DNA from: an uncultured Eubacteriales bacterium
GTDB taxonomy: Bacteria > Bacillota > Clostridia > Christensenellales > Aristaeellaceae
DNA: 64,000 nucleotides
Reading direction: 5' to 3'
Assembly (NCBI GenBank): GCA_902801165.1
Contig: CADCHI010000007.1
Location: forward strand, 17,302 to 81,301
Positions 16,051-24,706 of this stretch are shown piece by piece. A model generated the notes under the pieces. That model was not told the DNA's origin. It saw nothing but the letters and a program-made list of their open reading frames with translations, and did not search any database. Numbering within the stretch: position 1 is the first letter of the stretch; every line of letters starts with the position of its first letter. The translations under genes and the position numbers were made by a program.

Positions 16051-16131
16051 AAAGATCCTTCGCTGCGCTCAGGATGACGGGCAACCTGCCGATGTCACCC
16101 TGAGCGAAGCGAAGGATCTTTATCTGTGAAG
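16051..16131. repeat. Family-2 hairpin repeat, copy 2
   Basis: AAAGATCCTTCGCTGCGCTCAGGATGAC...GTCACCCTGAGCGAAGCGAAGGATCTTT. A half copy lies at 15838-15858. Confidence 0.9.
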
Positions 16132-16182
16132 CATTGCGCTGACTGTTTCCCTGAATCGCGCCATGCCCGATGCCGCAAGGCG

Positions 16183-18291
16183 CTACCGCCACCGTGCGCC
16201 TTCGACGATCAGCGCGCCGCAGGCGTCGTCCCGGAAGAACTGGGACACCGTGCAGCCCGCCTGGTTCAGCAGGTCAAAGAATCCCGCCCCGCCGTCGTCG
16301 CAGAGCCGCCGGTAGCAGTCCTCCGGGCAGTAGGCGCGGAAGTCGGCGATGCCCGCCTCCCGGCAGCAATCCAGGTACCCGCGCAGCGCCGCCTCGTCCG
16401 CCACCCGGGCGAATTCGGGGTAATAGGTCACCTCGTCCAGGGTCATCCGCCGCCCGTTGGCGCGCCAGACGAAGTTTTCCACGCCATAGGCATAGACGAA
16501 CGGGGACAGCTCCTCCGCCACGGCCTCGAACGCCATGCCGTCGGGCAGCAGGAACTGGACCGAAGGACTCATGGCCTCCAGCGCCTCCGCCAGCGCGGCG
16601 CGCACGGCGTCCAGGTCCGTCGGGGCCTCGACGGCCTCGCCGTAGCCGGCCTCCGAGATGAGCACCATGCAATTCGCCTCGTCGTAGCCGTAGGACACGT
16701 TCTCCAGTCGGGAGGCGCTCAGCAGCGCCACCAGTCCGGCGTGATCGTTTTCAAACAGCACCTGGGCCAGCTCCGGGGAGAAGTAGACGGCGAACTCGCC
16801 GACCCCGTCCTCGGCGCAGGCCTCGATCCAGGTGGAGACCTCCTCGGCGGTGTCGCAGATGGCGAAGTGTTCCCGGTATTCCAGGTCGGCCAGCTCCACG
16901 ATGCCGTTCTGGACGTACCAGCCGCAGGCGGTGACGCCGGTGGAGTACAGCAGCGCCTTCACCCGCTCCTCGTTCACGGCGCCTCCGGACGTCTCGGGAA
17001 CCAGCAGCGCGATGCGCTCCTGGCGCTCTGCGGCCTTTTCCCGGAACAGCGCGTAGAGCGCGTCCCAGGAGTCCGTGGCGTGCAGCGCCAAATCCCCGTC
17101 CCGCAGTTCGTCGGGCGTATCCGGCTCCAGGGCCACCGTCAGCGCTCGCCCGTCCCAGGCGTGGGACTGCCCGATGCGCGCGCTGCCCAGGTTGTAGTTG
17201 CAGTAGAGGATGCCCGGGTCCTGGTCGTCCCAGGTCACGTCCACGGACACCCAGTGCCCGTCGACGTTCACGAGATTCCACAGGTGGCTGCCGTCCTCCC
17301 CGTCCTCCTGGGGGACGGCCTCCCCCGGGGCCTCGATGGAATAGCCGTGGATGAAGCGTGCCTCGAGCCCCGCCAGCCCGCAGCACAGGGAGAAGGCGTC
17401 GCTGTAGCCGTCGCAGTCCGCCCGGCCGTCCAGCAGCGCGCCGACGGCGCAGTCCTTGCGGCCCAGCGGATCGTCCTCGGCGCTGTAGGCGACAATTTCA
17501 CACAGCGCGTCGTGGATATGTCGCTCGCGCTCCAGCGCGGTTCCCGCCGCGCCCTCAGCCACCGCCAGCGCCGCGTCAAGGGTCTGGTGCTCCACATCAG
17601 TCAGCGATTCAACGTCGTTCGACAGCCAGGCATGCAGTATGCGCTGGCCGGCATAGTAGGTCGGTGCGTCGAACACGGACATGGAGAGCTCCTCCACCCG
17701 GTATTCCCGGAAGTCGATGACGCCGCAGTTCACGGCGATGTCCGCCAGCAGCGGCGCGTCACCCACCGACGCGCTCCGATGCACCTCGTCCCGCAGGTCG
17801 TCCCCGCAGAGTATGAAGAAGGTGTCCATCTGCGCCCGGGCCGCGGCGTCGAAGGCCTCCGCGAAGGCGGCGACGTCCGTCGCGGGCAGCAGGTGGTGCT
17901 TCGCCGCGACGGCGAGGTCCTCCGGGCCGAAGGGCGTCGCCACGTCCGATTCCCGCAGGCTGCCCGCGGCCTGGATCAGCAGCGTCCCGGCGCGCTTGGC
18001 TGCCGCGTCGCCGTCCTCGTCCAGGGCGGCCAGCGCCTCCCGGATGTCTCCGGCGGCGGCGCTGTTCCCGTCCAGGAAGCCCAGCAGCTCCTCCAGCGCC
18101 TCCGGGATGGCCCCGCCGCGCTGGCTGACACCGGGAAAGCTGCTCAGAGCGTTCCCATACACCGCCAGGCAGGAGACCGCCGTGGACGCCGGCGTCTCGT
18201 AGTTCAGCTTGGACTCCGCCCCACCGGGGATGCCCGCCGCCAGGGCGATCATCAGCGCCAGCATCGCCAACGCCGTCAGCATTTTCTTCAT
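16183..18291 (-). CDS. Secreted transglutaminase-like (cysteine protease fold) domain protein
   Basis: Signal peptide MKKMLTALAMLALMIALAAG. Core GRADCDGYSDAF ... SHLWNLVNVDGHWVSVDVTWDD (Cys-His-Asp). Confidence 0.75.
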   Translation of the reverse strand: MKKMLTALAMLALMIALAAGIPGGAESKLNYETPASTAVSCLAVYGNALSSFPGVSQRGGAIPEALEELLGFLDGNSAAAGDIREALAALDEDGDAAAKRAGTLLIQAAGSLRESDVATPFGPEDLAVAAKHHLLPATDVAAFAEAFDAAARAQMDTFFILCGDDLRDEVHRSASVGDAPLLADIAVNCGVIDFREYRVEELSMSVFDAPTYYAGQRILHAWLSNDVESLTDVEHQTLDAALAVAEGAAGTALERERHIHDALCEIVAYSAEDDPLGRKDCAVGALLDGRADCDGYSDAFSLCCGLAGLEARFIHGYSIEAPGEAVPQEDGEDGSHLWNLVNVDGHWVSVDVTWDDQDPGILYCNYNLGSARIGQSHAWDGRALTVALEPDTPDELRDGDLALHATDSWDALYALFREKAAERQERIALLVPETSGGAVNEERVKALLYSTGVTACGWYVQNGIVELADLEYREHFAICDTAEEVSTWIEACAEDGVGEFAVYFSPELAQVLFENDHAGLVALLSASRLENVSYGYDEANCMVLISEAGYGEAVEAPTDLDAVRAALAEALEAMSPSVQFLLPDGMAFEAVAEELSPFVYAYGVENFVWRANGRRMTLDEVTYYPEFARVADEAALRGYLDCCREAGIADFRAYCPEDCYRRLCDDGGAGFFDLLNQAGCTVSQFFRDDACGALIVEGARWR

Positions 18292-18426
18292 TGTCGCACC
18301 GCCTCCCGCAGTCCTTCGCGTCCTCGTTCATCAAAGCCATTGATTTGGGGAATACTATCTGCCGAAAATGCCGAAGGATGAATCCGCTCGGCACCCATTC
18401 ATGTTTTTGCGCAGGGAGGGAACATC

Positions 18427-19245
18427 ATGGAGCGAGTCGCGCGCCGGGTCAAGCGCGTCCTTGCGGCCTATCGCGAAAGCGGCGCGCCGACGGCGGCGGC
18501 GTCCCTGGCCTACTTCCTGCTGTTGAGCCTGTTCCCTGTGCTGCTCTGCGTCAACCACGTCGTCGGAAGCTTCCACAGGGACCTCCGGACCCTGATCGAG
18601 CCGGTGGTCCCCCTGCTGCCCGGGCCGCTGCCGGAGCTCCTCTTCGCCTTCCTGGACCGCGCCGCCGAGGGACGCTCGCCCCTCCTCTTCTGGGCGTCCC
18701 TGCTGGCGGCGATCTCCTCCGGCTCCGCGGGGCTGCGTGCCATCCTCCGGGTGATGGACGGCCTCTATCGCCGCCCCGCCCCCGCGCCGGTCAAGCGCGG
18801 CATCCAGAGCGCGCTGCTGTCGCTGCTGCTCCTGCTGGCGGTCTACCTGTCCGTGGCGGTGATCCTCACCGGCGACTCGTTCTTCGCGCTGCTGCAAGCG
18901 CGGCTTCCGACCCGCCTGGCCTCGGCGCTGGCCCTCGGAACGGTCTCCCGGCTGTGGGTCCCGCTGCGCTACGCGCTGCTGTTCTGCGCGGTGCTGCTGC
19001 TGGTGCTGACGGTCTACCGGGCCGGGACGCCAAGGGATGTGCCTATGATAAAACTGCTGGCCGCCGCGTCGCTCTCCGCGCTGGCGATGGCGGTGTGCTC
19101 GGCGCTGTTCAGCGGCTTCGTGGGCATGAGCGCCCGCTATGCGCTGCTCTACGGGGCCCTCGCCTCGCTGGTCACGGTGATGGTCTGGCTGTACTGGTGC
19201 GGCTACATCCTGCTGTTCGGGGCCTTGGTCACCAGCTGCCTGTGA
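18427..19245 (+). CDS. YihY/BrkB family membrane protein
   Basis: AASLAYFLLLSLFPVLL and a polytopic C-terminal half ending LLFGALV. RBS GGGAGGGA. Confidence 0.85.
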   Translation: MERVARRVKRVLAAYRESGAPTAAASLAYFLLLSLFPVLLCVNHVVGSFHRDLRTLIEPVVPLLPGPLPELLFAFLDRAAEGRSPLLFWASLLAAISSGSAGLRAILRVMDGLYRRPAPAPVKRGIQSALLSLLLLLAVYLSVAVILTGDSFFALLQARLPTRLASALALGTVSRLWVPLRYALLFCAVLLLVLTVYRAGTPRDVPMIKLLAAASLSALAMAVCSALFSGFVGMSARYALLYGALASLVTVMVWLYWCGYILLFGALVTSCL

Positions 19246-19354
19246 TCGTTTTCCCCATTATACCCTTCCCCTCTGCCCGTTGTAAATACCCGTTTTGCCC
19301 GCCTGCCATAATCGAACACGGCATGTCAAAACCGTGAAATCTCCTCCGTTTGCC

Positions 19355-19384
19355 TTGACAAGAACATATGTTCGATATTATAAT
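19355..19384 (+). promoter_or_regulatory. Sigma-A type promoter of the DUF1273 gene
   Basis: TTGACA (19355-19360), 18-nt spacer, TATAAT (19379-19384). Confidence 0.65.
19361..19374. promoter_or_regulatory. LexA (SOS/Cheo) box
   Basis: AGAACATATGTTCG matches 13 of 14 positions of the Bacillus-type consensus CGAACATATGTTCG. It contains the perfect palindrome GAACATATGTTC and lies exactly between the -35 and -10 elements. Confidence 0.65.
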
Positions 19385-19432
19385 CAAGGCATCAAGGGCG
19401 CGCCATGAGAACCGGCGCGCCGGGGAGGAACC

Positions 19433-19999
19433 ATGAAAGACATCTTTGGCAACGCGATACAAAAGAAGCGGCGCGGCCTGTGCAAGCGCTGCGCCTTTAC
19501 GGGCTACCGGCCCCAGAAGATGCCCTGGGGCTTCGACGAGATGGACCCCACCTGCCTGGAGTTCAAGTTCCGGCTGCGGGAGTCCCTGGAGTACCTGATC
19601 GGCATGGGCTACGCGGACTTCCTGTCCGGGGCGGCCCTGGGCTTCGACCTGATGGCCTCGGAGATCGTGCTGTCCCTGCGGGAGAAGTACCCGTGGGTCC
19701 GGCTGATCATGGTCATCCCCTTCGACGGCCAGGCGGACCGCTGGACGCCGGAGCAGCGCAGCCGCCGGGAGGCCATCATCGAGGCATCGGACAAGGTCGT
19801 GCGCATCAGCCACGCCTACGACAAGGGCGTGTTCTTCCGGCGCAACCACTTCCTGGTGGATTCCGCCGACCTGCTGCTGGCGGCCTACGACGGCCAGCCC
19901 GGCGGCACGGCGGCCACCGTGGCCTATGCCCACGCCCGGGGCGTGCGGGTGCTCCGGCTGCCCCCGGTGCGGCGGGCTGAATCGCGCGCGGCGGGTTGA
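19433..19999 (+). CDS. DUF1273 / YpsA-like SLOG family protein
   Basis: FTGYRPQKMP, LSGAALGFDLMASE, MVIPFDGQADRW, NHFLVDSADLLLAAYDGQPGGT. These parallel the B. subtilis YpsA motifs (ITGYKP, ISGQLGVE, VITPF, N.F..D.SD.LL..YD). Confidence 0.8.
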   Translation: MKDIFGNAIQKKRRGLCKRCAFTGYRPQKMPWGFDEMDPTCLEFKFRLRESLEYLIGMGYADFLSGAALGFDLMASEIVLSLREKYPWVRLIMVIPFDGQADRWTPEQRSRREAIIEASDKVVRISHAYDKGVFFRRNHFLVDSADLLLAAYDGQPGGTAATVAYAHARGVRVLRLPPVRRAESRAAG

Positions 20000-20140
20000 A
20001 GGGCCCCCGGGCCGTGAGTTCAAGGGCGGCCCGTTTATTACAGCACTGTTACACACTTGACTTTCCGCCGGATTACTGGATTTTGGGGCGAGCCTGCGCT
20101 ATAATGACGCTGCGTGCCCCGGCAAAGGAGGAAGAGCGCC

Positions 20141-20269
20141 ATGGACGACGGCGAGATCCTCGCGCCAAGCGACGATCGGCCCCCGGTCGAGGACATGCAG
20201 ATTGCCAATATGGATGGCATCGACTACGTGACCCTGCTCATGGAGAGCAGGATCATGCAGCTTACATAG
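20141..20269 (+). CDS. Possible 42-aa acidic small protein
   Basis: ATG preceded by AAAGGAGGA at 8-nt spacing. Sequence MDDGEILAPSDDRPPVEDMQIANMDGIDYVTLLMESRIMQLT. No recognisable family. Confidence 0.3.
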   Translation: MDDGEILAPSDDRPPVEDMQIANMDGIDYVTLLMESRIMQLT

Positions 20270-20292
20270 TATCAATCGGAGGAACGGTCGCC

Positions 20293-21678
20293 ATGCGCAT
20301 ACTGATACTGAACGGCTCCCCCGCCGGAAAGGACAGCATCACGCTGTTCACGGCGCAATACATCGAGTCCCGCTTCCCCGCCCACAGCTTCGAGACGCTG
20401 CACGTGGGCCAGCGCATCCGCGCCATGGAGAAGGACTTCGCGCCCTGCAGGGAGGCGCTGGAGCGCGCGGACCTGATCCTGTTCTGCTACCCGGTGTACA
20501 CCTTCCTGGCGCCCGCGCAGCTGCACCGGTTCATCGAGCTGATGAAGGCCAGCGGCGTGGACTTCACCGGCAAGTGGGCCACCCAGCTGACCACCTCCAA
20601 GCACTTCTACGACGTCACGGCCCACCGGTTCATCCAGGACAACTGCGAGGACATGGGCCTGCGCTACGTCCGCGGGCTCTCTGCGGACATGGACGACCTG
20701 CTGAGCGAGAAGGGCCGTGCCCAGGCGCTGGACTTCTTCCGCTTCACGCTCCAGAGCATGGAACGGGGCTGGCAGGAGCCGGCGCTCCGCCGCGCTTCTC
20801 AGTCCGCCCCGGTTCGGCTGGCCGACGCCGCCGCCGACGCCTACGAGATTCCCTCCCCGAAGCGCGTGGTGATCGTCTCCGACCTGCCCGAGGACTCCGC
20901 CGACCCGGCCCACGCCCGCCTGCGAGCCATGCGGGACCGGCTGGCGGCCCGGCTGGGCAACGCCGAGGTCGCCCTGATGGATGTCAGCGCCTTCCCCTTC
21001 GCCGGGGGCTGCCTGGGCTGCTTCCACTGCGCCGCGGACGGCCAGTGCGTCTACAGGGACGGCTTCGACCGCTGGCTGCGGGAGAACATACAGACCGCCG
21101 ACGCCATCATCTACGCCTACGTCATCCGGGACCACTCCATGGGTAGCCGCTTCAAGCTGTTCGACGACCGGCAATTCTGCAACGGGCACCGCACCGTCAC
21201 CATGGGCAAGCCCGTGGGCTACCTGGTGGACGGGCACCTGGACGACGAGCCGAACCTGCGCATGCTGATGGAATCCCGGGCCCAGGTGGGCGGCAACTTC
21301 CTGGCGGGCATCGCCACGGACCAGGCCGACCCCAACGCCGAGGTGGACCGCCTGGCGGGCACGCTGCTGTGGTCCCTGGAGCACGACTACCAGCCGCCCC
21401 AGAACTTCTTTGGCGTGGGCGGGTTGAAGATCTTCCGGGACCTGATCTACCAGATGCGGGGCATGATGCGGGCCGACCACAAGTTCTACAAGGCCCACGG
21501 CTTCTACGACTTCCCTCAGAAGCGCCGGGGCCGCATCGCCGCCATGTACCTGGTCGGCGCGATGATGAACAACAAGAAGCTCCGGGGCAAGCTGGGCGGC
21601 AAAATGACCGAGGGCATGACCATGCCCTACCGGAAGGTCCTCGAGAAGGAAGCCGGGGATGCCGACAAGCAAGGTTGA
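20293..21678 (+). CDS. Tandem flavodoxin-like NAD(P)H-dependent FMN reductase family protein
   Basis: MRILILNGSPAGKDS...LILFCYPVY in the first half. A second flavodoxin-like half carries AGGCLGCFHCAADGQC. Start preceded by GGAGGA. Confidence 0.75.
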   Translation: MRILILNGSPAGKDSITLFTAQYIESRFPAHSFETLHVGQRIRAMEKDFAPCREALERADLILFCYPVYTFLAPAQLHRFIELMKASGVDFTGKWATQLTTSKHFYDVTAHRFIQDNCEDMGLRYVRGLSADMDDLLSEKGRAQALDFFRFTLQSMERGWQEPALRRASQSAPVRLADAAADAYEIPSPKRVVIVSDLPEDSADPAHARLRAMRDRLAARLGNAEVALMDVSAFPFAGGCLGCFHCAADGQCVYRDGFDRWLRENIQTADAIIYAYVIRDHSMGSRFKLFDDRQFCNGHRTVTMGKPVGYLVDGHLDDEPNLRMLMESRAQVGGNFLAGIATDQADPNAEVDRLAGTLLWSLEHDYQPPQNFFGVGGLKIFRDLIYQMRGMMRADHKFYKAHGFYDFPQKRRGRIAAMYLVGAMMNNKKLRGKLGGKMTEGMTMPYRKVLEKEAGDADKQG

Positions 21679-21689
21679 CCCAACGCAGA

Positions 21690-21741
21690 GCGGAGGCCGC
21701 GATGAGATTTCATCGCGGCCTCCGCCCATTGTTGTGTTTTT
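21690..21741. terminator. Hairpin terminator between convergent genes
   Basis: GCGGAGGCCGCGATGA / TCATCGCGGCCTCCGC is a 16-bp stem, with a T-rich tract downstream. Confidence 0.6.
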
Positions 21742-21812
21742 CATAATTTGGAAGGCAGAGTCCTTCCGGGCCGGCGGGCTTTAGCAAAACGCACCGCCGT
21801 TCCTTTCAGGGG

Positions 21813-23015
21813 TTATCCCCGATTTTTCCGCCCCGGGGCCATTCGGCCACAGGCCAGCACGCCGACCATCAGCAGCACCGGGAAGCCCACCGCCGCCAGG
21901 ATGCCCAGCTTCAGGTTGTCGGAGAAGGCGCTGGACACCAGGCCCACCAGGGTCGGTCCGCCGGAGCAGCCGATGTCTCCGCCCAGGGCCAGCAGCGCGA
22001 ACAGCGCCGTGCCGCCCCGGGGCAGCGCCGCGGCCGCCTTGCTGAAGCTGCCCGGCCACATGATGCCCACGGACAGGCCGCACAGGGCGCAGCCCACCAG
22101 GTTCACCACCGGCGAGGGCACCAGGGAGATGCACAGATAGGAGAAGACGCACAGCAGGCAGCTGCCCACCATGAAGCTGTCCAGGTTGATCCTGTGGCCG
22201 TACTTGCCGTAGAAGGCCCGGGCGCCGCCCATCAGTATCGCGAAGGCCATCGGTCCGGCCAGGTCGCCCGCGGTCTTGGAGATGTTCAGGCCCTTCTCCG
22301 CGAAGGTGGAGGCCCACTGGCTCACCGCCTGCTCGCTGGCGCCGGAGCAGATCATCATGATCAGCAGCACCCAGAACAGCTTCATGCCGAAGAGCTCCCT
22401 CAGGCTCATGCCCTTTTCGCCCTCCTGGATCAACGGCGCGATGGGCACCCGGGCAAAGGCGAAGATGTTCGCCAGGGGCACCAGCGCCCAGATCAGCGCC
22501 AGCAGCTTCCAGTTGCCGATGCCGAAGGCCCGGAAGAACAGCGTGGAGAGCAGCACCACGCCCACGTGGCCCCAGCAGTAGAAGGAGTGCAGCATGCTCA
22601 TGGCCTTTTCCTTGTTGTCCGAGGGGCAGGCCTCCACCACAGGGCTGACCAGCACCTCCAGCAGGCCGCCGCCGATGGCGTAGATGATCACGCAGATCAG
22701 TATGCCGCCGAAGGCCCCGGGCACGATCTCCGGCAGCACCGTCAGCAGTACGAGGCCCGCCGCCGAGAACACGTGGGCCAGTATCAGCGACGCCCGGTAA
22801 CCGATCCTGTCCACAAAGGTGACGGAGGCCAGGTCCACCAGCAGCTGCACGCCGAAGTTCAGCGTCACCAGCAGGGTGATCTGCGCCAGGGGGATGCCGT
22901 AGCTGCGCTGGAAGGTCAAAAACAGCAGCGGCACGAAGTTGTTCACGATGGCCTGCACGATGTACCCCACGAAGCAGGCGACGATGGTCCGGTTGTAGTT
23001 CTTGTTCTTCTCCAT
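21813..23015 (-). CDS. MFS transporter
   Basis: 12-TM-like profile. FVGYIVQAIVNNFVPLLFLTF, DRIGYR motif. The alternative overlapping frame 21781..23022 is Arg/Gly-rich nonsense. Confidence 0.85.
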   Translation of the reverse strand: MEKNKNYNRTIVACFVGYIVQAIVNNFVPLLFLTFQRSYGIPLAQITLLVTLNFGVQLLVDLASVTFVDRIGYRASLILAHVFSAAGLVLLTVLPEIVPGAFGGILICVIIYAIGGGLLEVLVSPVVEACPSDNKEKAMSMLHSFYCWGHVGVVLLSTLFFRAFGIGNWKLLALIWALVPLANIFAFARVPIAPLIQEGEKGMSLRELFGMKLFWVLLIMMICSGASEQAVSQWASTFAEKGLNISKTAGDLAGPMAFAILMGGARAFYGKYGHRINLDSFMVGSCLLCVFSYLCISLVPSPVVNLVGCALCGLSVGIMWPGSFSKAAAALPRGGTALFALLALGGDIGCSGGPTLVGLVSSAFSDNLKLGILAAVGFPVLLMVGVLACGRMAPGRKNRG

Positions 23016-23055
23016 AGTTCAATACCTCGACAGACTTTGGTCTGTAATAGCCCCA

Positions 23056-24453
23056 TCAGACCGAAGTCCGGGAATCCTTCAGCGCCCGGTTCAGCAGGAA
23101 CAGCGCAAACAGCGCGCCGCAGGCCTCGCCCACCGGCAGCGCCGCGGCCAGGCCCACCTCTCCGAACAGCCTGTCCAGCAGGAACATGAAGGGGATGTAG
23201 AACACCAGCTCCCGCACGAAGGCGTGCAGCATGGTCTCCTTGCCGCGGCCCATGGCCTGCATGCAGTAGGAGGTGTGGTAGTTGATGAACTGCACCGGCG
23301 AGGCCACACAGCGTATCCTCAAAAACAGCGTGGCGTAGCCCACCGTCATCAGGGCCAGCTCCACGTCCCCCGCCGAGGTGCTCAAAAACAGCCGCGCGGC
23401 CTGACTGGCAAACACCTCAAAAATCGCGATGCAGGCCACAGACACCAGCAGGCCCGTGCGCCGCGCCAGGTCGATGACGTCCTTCATGCGGCGGTGGTTG
23501 CCGGAGGAGTAGTTGTAGGCCACGATGGGCAGCATGCCCTGGCAGATGCCGATGTTGATGGCGTTGGGCACCCGCTCCACCTTCATGACGATGCCCATGC
23601 CCGCCAGCACGAGGTCGTTGTGGGCGGCGGCGATGATGTTCACGCAGATGTTCGCCGCGTCGAACAGCCCGGTCAGGATCGCCGAAGGCACGCCCACGGC
23701 GAACAGCGCCTTCACCTGCGCCTTCTCCAGGGCGCGGGCCCCCTTGAAGCTCAGGCTCAGGGGCGCGTCGCCAGAGGCCCTGCGGTAGGCCAGCAGCAGG
23801 TACAGGCAGGCCACAGTGTTGGACAGCGCCGTGGCGATGGCCGCGCCGGTGACCTCCTGGCCCCGGGGCAGCAGCACGAACATGAACAGCGGGTCCAGCG
23901 CCACGTTCAGCAGGCCGCCCATGCTCAGGCCGATGCTGGCCTGGCTGGAGAAGCCCGCGTTGCGCAGCAGGTGCGCCAGCGTCATGGACAGTATGCTGGG
24001 CAGGCTGCCGAGCACGATGACGATCAGGGCATAGCTGCGGGCATAGCCCAGGGTGTCGTCGGAGGCGCCGAGGAAGCGGAGGATCGGGTCCAGGAACAGC
24101 CCGATCAGCGCCGAATAGACCAGCGCCACGCCCAGCGCACCGTAGAAGCCGAAGGCGCTCACCTTTTTCGCCGAATCCAGCTCCTGCCGGCCCATCAGCC
24201 GGGCCACCAGGCTGCCGCCGCCAATGCCGAACAGGTTCGACAGCGCCACGTTCATCATCACCATCGTCAGCGTCAGCGTCGTGGCCGCCATCATGTAGGA
24301 GTTGCCCGTCCGACCGATGAAGAAGGCGTCCACCATGTTGTAGATCAGGTTGATGATCTGGCTGATGATGGTGGGAATCGCCATGGCAAACAGCGCCCGT
24401 CCCACCGGCGCGTCGGCGAAGAGCTCCTGCTTGCTCATATTCTGTCTTTTCAT
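23056..24453 (-). CDS. MATE family efflux transporter
   Basis: GRALFAMAIPTIISQIINLIYNMVDAFFIGR, the typical MATE N-terminus. 12-TM profile. Confidence 0.85.
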   Translation of the reverse strand: MKRQNMSKQELFADAPVGRALFAMAIPTIISQIINLIYNMVDAFFIGRTGNSYMMAATTLTLTMVMMNVALSNLFGIGGGSLVARLMGRQELDSAKKVSAFGFYGALGVALVYSALIGLFLDPILRFLGASDDTLGYARSYALIVIVLGSLPSILSMTLAHLLRNAGFSSQASIGLSMGGLLNVALDPLFMFVLLPRGQEVTGAAIATALSNTVACLYLLLAYRRASGDAPLSLSFKGARALEKAQVKALFAVGVPSAILTGLFDAANICVNIIAAAHNDLVLAGMGIVMKVERVPNAINIGICQGMLPIVAYNYSSGNHRRMKDVIDLARRTGLLVSVACIAIFEVFASQAARLFLSTSAGDVELALMTVGYATLFLRIRCVASPVQFINYHTSYCMQAMGRGKETMLHAFVRELVFYIPFMFLLDRLFGEVGLAAALPVGEACGALFALFLLNRALKDSRTSV

Positions 24454-24635
24454 ATATATCCCGCCGTTTCCTGTCTGGATGCGGCCGCCGCGTTTGCGGT
24501 CCGCATGGCGTTATTATAGCAAACAGGGCGGCGAAATGTCTGTAACGGCGATTTTAAATCTGGCTGAAAATCAGAGACTTCGCCACCCACCGAAGCGTCG
24601 TGAGCGCAATATACCATATGGTAACATCAGCGGCC

Positions 24636-24664
24636 TTGACAGCCCCATACACGCATAATACAAT
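24636..24664 (+). promoter_or_regulatory. Sigma-A type promoter of the second MATE gene
   Basis: TTGACA, 17-nt spacer, TACAAT. Confidence 0.6.
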
Positions 24665-24706
24665 GGTCGAAAAGACATATTCCGCTGACCTTCAAAGGAG
24701 AACTCC

